A stretch of 56,118 bases of DNA, the filler included, from Circinaria calcarea (lineage: Eukaryota): assembly GCA_051942165.1 (NCBI GenBank). It is 5 parts of 5 records of this genome, joined end to end, with 100 filler letters (N's around TTAATTAATTAA, not from the genome) between each part and the next. Parts side by side here need not be neighbours in the genome. Positions count along the whole stretch, not along the records: positions 22,512 to 33,654 come from JAVECS010000706.1; positions 33,755 to 44,891 come from JAVECS010000707.1; 3 more parts are not named here. One strand, given 5' to 3'. The translations under genes and the position numbers were made by a program. Every line of letters starts with the position of its first letter. The first letter of the stretch is position 1. The notes under the pieces were generated by a model that had not been told where the DNA came from, ran no database searches, and was given only the letters and a program-made list of their open reading frames with translations. Below are positions 26,054-36,582 of this stretch, in pieces.

Positions 26054-27808
26054 TGTTGACTCTGGCATCTGCATGGTCTCCGTTCACATGACCCGCCTTT
26101 GGAAGCACAATATTGTGTCTGTTTTCCTTGGGGCTGAGTGCAACCGAGAGGCCCAACTCTGATAGGATTCTCTGTCCGTCAAGCTGTCCCCTGGACCTGG
26201 GCCGAAGGTCAATTGATATTCGTCATTTCGGCCGCATCGAAACACGATCTAGGCCGGAAGGGAAGTCGCCATCGGAATGGCAGTCGCCAATGCTCTTCAT
26301 GTGGACCGGGCGCAAGCAGGGCAGGGCCATTGGTACGACAAGGCACATCTTCCTCGGCTCACTGGATTCTTCTCGTCACACCGTAAATTGAGACGGGATG
26401 ATTTTGGTGGTGGGGGTAATGCTCGATCAATGCAATGGGGCAGCCCCGCACTTAACCCCAAGAAGCTTAGAGGCTAGGGATGAAAATCTCTTTACTGTCG
26501 TCGACGTCAATGGACTTGCATCACGAACCAGAGGCCAAGCCTCTCTTCCGGTGGATGCATGGCCTATCACAGTCCATCAGCATCATCCCTCCGTCCACTC
26601 GCTGCCGTCGATTTCTCCGAGTGCGGAGGCTTGCGCGACGGCTCCCTGCCGCCTTTGCACTGACTACGGAGCCAGCCAGGGGACACCAGCCCCACCGCTC
26701 GAGACGTCCCACCCGATGCACACAACAAGCTCTACAGTCAACGTCCTCGAGCGCCACCAAGGCCTCCGGATGTTCCATGGCTATACAGGACTGCTGAGGA
26801 TGGTTTCATCTGGGTGGAGACCATCTATTACTTCCCGCCAGACGGCCTGCTTGATTCGCACTCCTAGTGGTGGATATCCACATGCATCCCAAAGCTCTGC
26901 CTACAGGAACAGCTCTAACCCTGCAGGAAGATGCTCTGCAAGCTTTCACTAGGTCAGATCGACCAGCTGTCAGAGCTTAACCTAATCTATCCGAGATCTG
27001 GACTGCCGACGATCTGGCCACTCACCCCCTGCGAAATTGCGAAATTGCCCTTGGGCTGGCCACTTGCTGAAAACTGGAAAGCGGGTGCTCTCAGTCGTGT
27101 GGGGTTGCACATGCATTCCATGCGTTTTGGCCATGGTATGACGATGCTCGTCAAGCGCGCTCTGTATAATGTCAAAGTTGAAAGGATATTTTCCGTCACT
27201 GGACGAGAAGCTGTCTTAACCAATTGCTTACCATGCAGCGTCCTATCTAATCATCCCGCGGGAGAAAATTTGTCCACGGAGGTATGGCCGGACTAGATTA
27301 ACCCAAATAGACGGAGGGATGGCGGAGGTGACCAGCGAAGGAGCAGGGATCTGCTGGTTAGTACAAAGTCATTGCACATCATCATGAAAATTTCCACAGC
27401 TCTGCATGCAAATCTGTATGCCTCTTTCGAATTGTGATTTGCTAAAGTCAAATTGGCGCGGAAGTATCAAAGCTTAGCAGATATCTGAGTTTCAGGCTTG
27501 TGAAAGTTCTCTACGGATTAGTGGAACTGCGGCTAAGCACATCGAGAAGCAAACCATTCTGAACCATGTCTGCATGGTCGGAATGATTGTAAGTCTAAGT
27601 GGTTGGCGTCAGTGCTCTGGTATAGCGCGATGCATTCAAGGTGCCGTGCATGGCAGCGAGTCATCGCGCCCCGTGGGTCCTATTAGGTGTACATATTTTA
27701 GCCCACGCTCTCTGCTCTCCATCTTTGTACAACACAAGCCTACAATCTCTTTCGTGACCCTCAGCAACTTCTTCCATCCCTCTTCAACCTTCTTTCTCCC
27801 ATTTCAAC

Positions 27809-29442
27809 ATGTCAGACCTCACGGCAACTGTGGAAGAGACCAAGCATGGCTTTCACGTGGAAGGATACGAGAAGATCTCATATGACTTTACATTTCTCGA
27901 CGGTGTCTTCAACCCCGAAAACCCCCAGCTGGCAGAATGCTACAGGCGATGGGGTCGAGTTTTGGCCGTAACGGACCAGAACGTGTATGATGTGTACGGA
28001 GACCAGATCGAAAAGTACTTCAAACACCATGCATTGGATCTCAAGGTGCACAAAACCAAGATTGGAGAGAAGGCCAAAACCATCCCGACCTTCTTGAGCA
28101 TCGTGGATTCAATGACCGAGTTCGGCATCTACCGAAAGGTACTTGCAATTGAGACCTTCCAGCATTGAAGAAACATCACTCACTCTGCATAGGAACCTGT
28201 GCTCGTTGTTGGCGGAGGACTTGTGACTGACGTTGCTGGGTAAAAGCTCGACCTTGCCAAAGATCACATCAAGGCACTCTCCCATCAATCTCCTAAGAGT
28301 TATCTCCATACTTGGATACAGGCTAACCGAGTTTGTGCTGCAGGTTCGCTTGTGCAGCGTATCGCCGAAACACCAACTTCATTCGAGTCCCGACCACCGT
28401 CATTGGTCTGATTGACGCCTCGGTTTCCATCAAAGTGGCGGTCAACTACGGTAACTACAAGAATCGTCTTGGAGCTTACCATGCTCCAATGCATACGTTT
28501 CTCGACTTCACTTTCCTCCGAACACTTCCCAAGGCTCAGATCCGAAACGGATTCGCCGAATTGATCAAGATTTCAACATGCTCGCATCTGGATACGTTCA
28601 ATTTGCTCGACAAGTATTGCGAGCAGCTTATCGAGACAGGCTTCGGCCGCACCGACGGAGCGCCCAAAGAAGTCCGCGAGGCGGCTGACAAGATCAACCG
28701 GGAAGGTATCCACGAGATGTTGAAGTTGGAGACACCTAACCTTCATGAGATTGGTCTTGACAGGGTGATTGCTTACGGTCACACGTCTGTGGTCTAATTC
28801 TCCACTTGTTTATATGCGCTGACATGATACAGGTGGTCGCCAATGCATGAACTTATGCCAGAGACACCGTTACGCCACGGCCACGCTATATCGATCGACA
28901 TGGCCTACTCTGCCACGCTGGCAAACGAGCGCAAATTGATCTCGGATGAGGAACATCGCAGGGTTCTGAACCTATTCTCCCGTGCAGGGCTATCGATGGA
29001 CCATCATATGTTCGATGAAGAAATCCTCGACAAAGGTACTGCGGCTATCCTCAAGACCAGAGACGGGAAGCTGCGGGCTGCCGTACCTAACCCCATTGGC
29101 TCGTGTACCTTTATCAACGACATCGACGCAAAAGAACTTAATGCGGCACTCCGACGACATAAGGAGTTGATGAAGGAATATCCCCGCAATGGCGAAGGGC
29201 TCGAAGCTTATGTCGATGCATCGGATACCGGTTACACCGAGAACAACAAGGCCGAGGTGGAAGCGCTCGAAGAGGCCGCAGCTGAGGCTGGGAGCCTCAA
29301 CGGCAACGGCTATATCCATGGCGGAAGCGTTTCTAATGGGCATGTCAATGGTACCAATGGTATCAAGGAGAAGCTTACCAATGGATTCCAGAAGGATCTT
29401 ACGAATGGAGTCAATGGTTTCACCAACGGTGCCAGGGCATGA
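27809..29442 (+). CDS. Demethyl-4-deoxygadusol synthase (DDGS; sedoheptulose-7-phosphate cyclase, MysA-equivalent)
   Basis: DHQS-fold motifs [35 protein letters not shown] and [12 protein letters not shown]-type signatures [22 protein letters not shown] (spliced) and LRHGHAI. Four exons. Confidence 0.93.
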
Positions 29443-29899
29443 GCGTCTGTGGTCCAAAGGTATAAGCTTGGAGTAGGGAAGGAAAAGGAACGGAGACGGG
29501 AGAGGACTACCTTTTCAACGGCTCCTCAAAAGTTGTAGTGTTGCCTATCGATCAGTTCCTCATCTCCCAAAGTATGGATAGTGTCAGTTTGATAGACATC
29601 TACATGAAGTCAATCGACGTCAAGCCTGTGCTCGAACCCGTGAGAAAGCGTGATGACGTAGAGAATCCAGATTCCCAACATTCACATTTGACGTGGATAC
29701 GAGCGCAATATCTATTGTGTGTGTTCAGACCTGCCTAACCTTAGATGTATTCTTAAGACGCTTAGCTTATCTTCCTGCTATCATCTGTCGATGGTGGAGA
29801 ATTGCAATATTACCCCATGAAGATGAAGCCAGTCAATTGAATTATTGTCTTTGCTATTTCTGGGAGATCGCAACCCCTCGCTTCTTTTCCCTTTCCAAG

Positions 29900-31384
29900 A
29901 TGCTCGACGGCCAATCTTCTTGGAACCTTCACTTCACCCAGAATGCCTTGCTCATCCTCTTGACTTTATTCTTCCTCCCCATCGACAGCTTCATCCTTTT
30001 CCTCGCCTATGCCTCACATATTCTCACTCGGCAAAATGCGGCGAGGCGGTCGATTCGACGCTCAGCGGGCTTTCGGCCTCGAACCATCCTCGTCACGGGA
30101 GTGGGCATGTCGAAAGGACTAGCCCTCGCACGGGCATTCTACCAAGCTGGCCACAATGTCATCGGCGCTGATTTCGAACCGCACGGTGTGCCGGTCAGTG
30201 GGCGATTCTCGGTCGTATTGAAGAAATTCTATGCGCTGCCGAAGCCGAACGAGTGGGAAGGATCAACCTACTACATCCAAGATCTCCTTCGCATCGTGCG
30301 AAGGGAGAGAGTCGATCTCTGGGTGAGTTGCTCGGGGGTGGCTTCGGCGGTGGAGGATGGCGAGGCCATGGAAGTCATTGAGAAGCGGTCCGATTGCAAG
30401 GCAATCCAATTCGATGTCAAGACAACCGCGACATTGCATGAGAAACATTCCTTTATCCAGCATACTATGAGCCTAGGCCTTCCGGCACCGGAAACCTACG
30501 ACGTAACGAGCCGGACTGCGGTACACAAGGTCCTCAACCGGACCAAGGACAAGAAGTACATTATGAAGAGCGTGGGAGTCGACGATGCGTCGCGAGGGGA
30601 TATGACCCTCCTTCCAAGGAGGACCATTAGTGCCACATATCAGCATCTGTCCAGGATACCAATATCGGATCGGAGGCCCTGGGTTCTGCAGCAGTATATC
30701 AAGGGGGAGGAATATTGTACTCATGCACTGGTTGTCCAAGGGGAGGTCAAGGCTTTCGTCGCCTGTCCTTCGCTAGAGCTGCTCATGCACTATGAGGCTC
30801 TCCCTCCGACCTCTTCGCTCAGTACGGCAATGCTCAAATTCACCTCGGAGTTTGTTGCGAGGAGCGGGAAGCACATGACGGGGCACCTGTCGTTTGACTT
30901 TCTCGTGCAGGAGACAGTGACGGAGAAAGGACTGGAGAAGACGCTGTACCCGATCGAGTGTAATCCTCGGGCTCATACTGCGGTGGTGCTGTTCAACGGG
31001 CAGAGTCAAGAGATTGCCAAAGCATACTTGACAGCGGTGGCTTCTGAGATGAACGGTGCAGGAAGTGGGCACTCGACCGGAATAGTGACTCCCCACCAGC
31101 CGGCTCGGTATTACTGGGTCGGCCATGATTTGGTATCGCTGGTGCTCCTCCCTCTCCTGCAGCTGCTCCTGTTCCGATTGAGCGTCTCCACATTCATTCG
31201 GGACTGCTACACCTTCCTCCAACACGTTCTATTCTGGAAGGACGGCACCTTTGAGTTATGGGACCCTCTGCCTTGGTGGTGGTTGTATCACGTGTATTGG
31301 CCCGGGCAATTCCTCGCGTGCATTCTGCAACGGAGGAAGTGGAGTCGAATCAATGTCAGCACGACCAAGATGTTCGAATGTTAG
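29900..31384 (+). CDS. ATP-grasp ligase of the mycosporine cluster (MysC-equivalent)
   Basis: TILVTGVGMSKGLALARAF...GHNVIGAD, LHEKHSF, YIMKS, WVLQQYIKGEEYCTH, GHLSFDF, YPIECNPRAHTA, DPLPWWWLYHVYWP. Intronless and directly downstream of DDGS. The ATG at 29900 is more likely than the ORF-track start at 29693. Confidence 0.92.
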   Translation: MLDGQSSWNLHFTQNALLILLTLFFLPIDSFILFLAYASHILTRQNAARRSIRRSAGFRPRTILVTGVGMSKGLALARAFYQAGHNVIGADFEPHGVPVSGRFSVVLKKFYALPKPNEWEGSTYYIQDLLRIVRRERVDLWVSCSGVASAVEDGEAMEVIEKRSDCKAIQFDVKTTATLHEKHSFIQHTMSLGLPAPETYDVTSRTAVHKVLNRTKDKKYIMKSVGVDDASRGDMTLLPRRTISATYQHLSRIPISDRRPWVLQQYIKGEEYCTHALVVQGEVKAFVACPSLELLMHYEALPPTSSLSTAMLKFTSEFVARSGKHMTGHLSFDFLVQETVTEKGLEKTLYPIECNPRAHTAVVLFNGQSQEIAKAYLTAVASEMNGAGSGHSTGIVTPHQPARYYWVGHDLVSLVLLPLLQLLLFRLSVSTFIRDCYTFLQHVLFWKDGTFELWDPLPWWWLYHVYWPGQFLACILQRRKWSRINVSTTKMFEC

Positions 31385-32656
31385 ATAGCGCATCAGAAAA
31401 AGCAAGTCGTGATTACCTATAGCTCCTATAGCTCCGTAGCCTAACACCGGCTCCATCCGAATCATGAAGAAGGTCCTTTGTGTTAGACGTGCTACATAAC
31501 AATGCCTAATCTAAGTCTAAGTTGCACGTATGTCGAACCTGTTTCAGCAGATATACAAGGCATGCAACGGCCTCGAGTTTCGACATTTTGTAACAGGAAT
31601 GGCCACGGGAATGGCCACGTGATGAAATGCCGTGCTTGCTACTCGATATACGGGCCGATTGCTGGCTCCGAGATGACTAAGCGAACCAGTCACCATGCCG
31701 ATCCTATTCTCCTGAGGGTTTCAGCTTTTGGCGTTTTGTTTGAAACCACCAACTAAGAAGCACTCCTACACATTTGGTTCCGGGGCCACTTTTCCCGTCA
31801 CTGACGACCCCGTGGACATGGCCGACAGTGAGGCCGATGGATTCAAATTGACCGATGCGAAAATCATCAATCCATCCCAATTGAACCCGGAAGCGGATGC
31901 GAGCTTTGGGCTTCGGGCGGAGAGAAGATCGGTGGAGTACCCTACCACCTTACTTACTCGAACTACCCATTCCATCGTCGTTTGTTTGATAGAGCGTTGG
32001 TCAAGGGACAAACCATCAGTCGTGTCATCAGTCCGGCTTTGTTTCGATCTCTCCTGAGCTGTTACTTCTGTCCTCTGGCCAGAGTAGGCAGGTTTCAACA
32101 TCTCCTGGAATGAAGCGAGCCAGTCGCAACGCTCGCTCAAACCCATGTTGGTACCGTTTCTGATGTTGGCAAATTAGCCATCACTTTTGAGACCGCCATC
32201 TTTTCGCCTTGACCTTTCGAGTCGGTGGTGGAGATGCAATAATAGACATCTAACTCCCACGGTGGCTGATCGGTTCCATTGCGTGTGCAACGCGGTTGCG
32301 TTGTTATGCTCTCAGTTATGCCTGGTGTCGGCATTACCATGGACATCTATCACACCCAGCACACTTCCCTTCTGTCTTCTTCTTCTTCTTTGAAACTTTT
32401 CCTGCATCTCCCTTTGCTGCGGTTTGACTCGGGTCGATACCGTCGTGACAATTGTCGATTATCGCATAAAGAGCTTGGTTGGACGCGGCAATATACGCCT
32501 CAAGGCCGGTTATATTATAGTTACTGAGACTCGATCCTCAAGACGAACGCTTGCGCGCTTCCATTTACTGGAAGTTCAGATCGGAGGATACAGAGGACAG
32601 GAGTCGCACAGCGGATCGTGAACCGAGGCCCCATACATCACGCCCGCCTACAGAAA

Positions 32657-33654
32657 ATGAAGACACCTCAATTACCGAGTGGGTCGCTACAGAGGGGTAA
32701 GACGGTTATCTATGGCATCCAGGCTGTGGCACTGTGCATCGCGTGGATGCTGACCATCGCCGTCCTGACCAAATCCGGAACCACCGGCACCGCGACTAAA
32801 TTTTACTTCTTTTTGGTAGGCTTGTTGACATATGTCGATGGGAGAAACGAGCTCTGATTCCTTTGCCTAGACATGGATCTCTATACCAGCCTTCGTATAC
32901 ATTGCGGCTGTTCCTCATTTCAGCCGGACGAAGCAATATGCAAATCCCTATGTAATTGCTGCCATTGATATCCTTTACTCTATCCTATGGCTAGCCGCGC
33001 TCGCCGCGATTGCTTCTTGGACGAATCGAGGCATCATGGACAAGTCCAAGGGTTGTGCTCAATTCAAGTATGGCTCTGAGAGCAAATGTATGTGCAGTAT
33101 GGTCAGCGTGATTCTGGGAGTCATTATATTGTATGTTCTGAGATCATTTCGCCTTTTTCATCTAGCTGACATCGCCGCTGTAGCGTTCTTTTCCTCATTG
33201 CCAGCGGTCTTTCAATTTACAGCGCGCTTTACTATCGCAAAAATGGCTCCATGCCGAACACTCGGCCCTCGATCTCGAACCCTGTCTTCACGGACGATCA
33301 GACCAAACTTGGTCTCCCCTCGACTGTCCAGAATGACGAAGAGGCAAACGTAGAAACGTCACATTTCCACCAAAGTCAACAGGGCCAAGGCCTCGCTCCC
33401 ATCCGGACGAATAGCGAAGACGAGGCACACCCAGGCCGTCCCCTTAGCTGGGGCCAGATTCCCCTGACCGCACCGCCGACCTACGATCAGTCAGCCGACC
33501 ATTCGCCGAATCCCAACGCTAGTCTTACACGTCAGGACAGTAGTTATAGTCCACAGGCAGTCGGCTTAGCTTATACCCATACTCACAATACAGCCCCTAG
33601 GCCCCAACAGCTCAACCTTTTCCACATCGGCAACCCCTTCACCGAAGATCCCCG
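32657..33654 (+). CDS. MARVEL-like four-TM membrane protein with a disordered C-terminal tail (3' truncated)
   Basis: Four hydrophobic segments across three exons (IYGIQAVALCIAWMLTIAVL; FYFFL-TWISIPAFVYIAAVP; IAAIDILYSILWLAALAAIASW; VSVILGVII..FFLIASGLSIY), then a Pro/Ser/Gln-rich tail. Confidence 0.7.
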
Positions 33655-33754
33655 NNNNNNNNNNNNNNNNNNNNNNNNNNNNNNNNNNNNNNNNNNNNTT
33701 AATTAATTAANNNNNNNNNNNNNNNNNNNNNNNNNNNNNNNNNNNNNNNNNNNN
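33655..33754. other. Artificial contig linker (44 N + TTAATTAATTAA + 44 N)
   Basis: Same 100-nt cassette as the other linkers. Confidence 0.97.

Positions 33755-33801
<47 letters not shown>
33755..33801. repeat. Poly-G tract (47 nt) at the contig start
   Basis: Read directly. It abuts the linker, so it is probably the cause of the assembly break or a sequencing artefact. Confidence 0.85.
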
Positions 33802-33802
<1 letters not shown>

Positions 33803-34172
33803 AATTGAACTTTTATCCATGTCGATAGTAGGTGTGGGGAGGCAAGTTCGTTCACGGAAAGACTCTTACGATGGCGAGTATGGCTTTTCCATCTATGAAT
33901 CTAGTCCGTGGAATCCCAAGAGCTTCGAAAGTCGCGCCGTCTCCCATGCAATGCTGGGCGTATCTTTCCTACCCTTGATCTCACTTCGCCTGACGGCACC
34001 ATTCACCGAGTATCATTGTGGAGTTGCCAATCCAAGATTTACAAGTGCCCAGTAGTTACTAATTCTACCACCGATAATTTACGATCCGATACGCAATCCC
34101 CAACGCCTGTAAACCAAGATTCCAACGGAAGTAGGGGGAAAAATGTTTTCATATCTCGCTCCCCATTTTTGG

Positions 34173-36582
34173 CTAAGCTGTTTTGACAGGCTGCCCGCTC
34201 TCTAAAAGTTGCATTTGGAGTTCTCTTTCATCTCGTTCGTCGTTGACTTCTTTCGCGATGAGCGTCTCAAGATTTTGGTCGTCCATCCAGATAGCGTGGG
34301 CCTGGACTAGGGGCTGACTTGAACCGGTGCTGTCCGGCTTGGTTGCAAATCCATAAGCAACCATAAAGGCTCGGATCGTCTCGGTGTCATAAAACCCAGC
34401 CATGACGCAGTTCAGGACCTCGTGTCCTATCCTGGAGAATTCTAGGTGGGAAGTAGAACCGCTCCTTCTGGCTCCGGTCGTTTGGATGTTGAGCATGACT
34501 GCCCTGCATTAAGAACCACAAGCAGGCCGCATGTGTTAGAATCAGGATGCTGTATGAGTGCTGCTTGTTTTCTGCATTTGATGGTGTGTCCATCCGCCAC
34601 GACAGCCTTATTGGTGTCAACATTATAATCCAGCCAGCCAATCTGTCGAACAAGGGTACTTGCAGCGTTCCAGATTGCCTCTTCATTTGCATAGGTGGGA
34701 AGGCTATCCCAGAGCCGGAGCCGGACGGTATCCTGAGTATCGGTAAGTCGATCAGCAATAATTAGGACGTAATGTCCCAAAGTCTTTGATGATTGCTTCT
34801 CTTCCCCCTTCTTCTTGGCCGCCTCAGCCTTTTTTTGGTCTATCACCCATTGCTCGTCCCCTGTTAGGAAACTTTTACCGTGACCAAGTAAAGGTAAAAT
34901 GAGTGGATATTCTCCACCGGTTCCGGCAATAGCTCTATTTTCCACCCCCATTGTGGCTTTTGTGCGGTGAAGGATACATGAACCGGACGTAGCAAAGCTG
35001 AATTTTATATTCTTGTTCCAAAGAGGACGCCATATTGCTCCAATTGCGGCGAAAATCTGCGTGTCAGTCAACTCGGCGTCTTTGCCGATCTTTAAAGGGA
35101 ATTTTTCTGTTATTTCCATCTGAGCCACGAATTCCCCATGACTCTTCTCAAATTTCGCCATCCAGTCGGTATTATTGCTAGACCCTGGTTGTGGGCCTTG
35201 TGGCAAAAGAGGTTTGATACTTTTGATAATATCCATAGTCGTTTGTAATTGCATAGGGTCTACCGTTGCACTAGGCTGTTGACTAAGTGAGGCTGTTGAG
35301 ATACCTTGCGCCCGTGCTTGGTTGGGACTGGCTCGGAGATCTTCCATCAGTCTGCCAAAGATCACATCGTTCATCAGAAAAGCTCGGGTACCATCGAGCA
35401 CACGACGGTTGTTCTGTCGTTCATTGGCATCTTCTATCTTACTGAGCCTTCGTCCGGTGGCGATCAAGCCGTATTCCATTTCCAGCAGGAAGCAGCGAAT
35501 AGTCTGTGAATCCATGCGACCATCAAGTGCCAGGTTGATGAGTTTTAAGGTTCCCACATATAGGGGATCTGATAGCTGGCATACGTTCCGTCCATGGTGT
35601 CCATGGATGGGAATATCTAGCATGTATGCCCATGCATTTAGTACCACCTGATACGCTGATGTATTTTTAACTACCGCGACACCCGTTGTCGCTACCGCAT
35701 GGGGAACATTGATCCAAAGGTTCGACGAGGTGCGAAAATCCGGCTTCACATTTTGGGGGATCCATCCAGAATTCCGCACAATGTTTTGTGCTGCTTCGCG
35801 GAGTCTTTCTTGTGATATTGGATATGTAGGCATAATTCTCCTTTCCGACCGATCCTTCAGATGACTGCACATGAAGAGCAATCGGATGGCACCAGATCGA
35901 CCTTGTTCTGCAATCACCAATGCATGGTAATCCGTATCGTTCTCCGCTTCGCCTTGCCTAAAGAATAAAGGCATGATCAGACGACTCGACGGTGATACGA
36001 AACTAACATGCGGGCCTTGCTTGGTTCGAGCACCGCTGAATAAAGCCAGGTCGCCAAAAGAAAAACGAACGCCGGCTTCGTCAAGACCACGCCAGACAGC
36101 GGCGATCGCAAGGATGACGGTGGTCGGCGTGAGGTCACTGAAATGTGATCGCTGTTTGACCGCATCGGGATACTGTATGCCTTTGACGAATCTAGCTTCG
36201 AAGTTGCTGGCATCCAGATGACGCTGTAACAGACGTTTCTGAAGCTCATTACTCAGCGCATTTGTTTCCTGGAACCTGTGGGATCCGCATTCATTACCTT
36301 TTACGGTGTCAGTCTCATATTATTTCAAGTCACATCGAGGCGGATCATACCACCTTGGAATTTCTGTTTCTTTGCCGATGATTCTTTGGGATCGCCGTCC
36401 GCTGGCCTCTTCGTACTGCTTTTGTTTTCTGGGACTTTCCCAGATGGTTCAGCAGCAGATTTCTTTCCGTCCTGGTTGTTTGGCTTCTTGCCCGTTTCAG
36501 GTTTCGCCGCTCCGGTTGCAGTCTTTTTTGGCTTATCATCCGTAGGAGCCGTCGGATCATCTGATGCACTTTTGGGCCCCAT
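34173..36582 (-). CDS. Hypothetical protein with two tandem Ulp1-like (clan CE) cysteine-protease-like domains; apparent 1-nt frameshift at about 34504
   Basis: Proposed start MGPKSASDD at 36582. Intron 36298-36350 joins it in frame to the 510-aa ORF. Repeat 2 has GHYVLIIAD / LWDSLP / Q....NTCGLLVVLNA. Repeat 1 has YHALVIAE / LFMCS / NTSAYQVVLNAW. ORF 34173-34496 is the out-of-frame continuation of repeat 2. Confidence 0.65.

Noticed and set aside
26100..27600. ORFs of 80-184 aa between O-MT and DDGS as a possible fourth cluster gene
   Set aside because: Low-information Ser/Pro/Arg-rich translations with no domain signatures. More consistent with a divergent promoter region.
27809..29442. 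Annotation as 3-dehydroquinate synthase or 2-epi-5-epi-valiolone synthase
   Set aside because: Fungal DHQS is normally part of the pentafunctional AROM protein. The PNLHE and IAYGHTWSP motifs and the O-MT/ATP-grasp neighbours indicate DDGS.
33755..33801. Poly-G as a G-quadruplex or telomere-like element
   Set aside because: It lies at a contig edge, is typical of sequencing or assembly artefacts, and is not a TTAGGG repeat.
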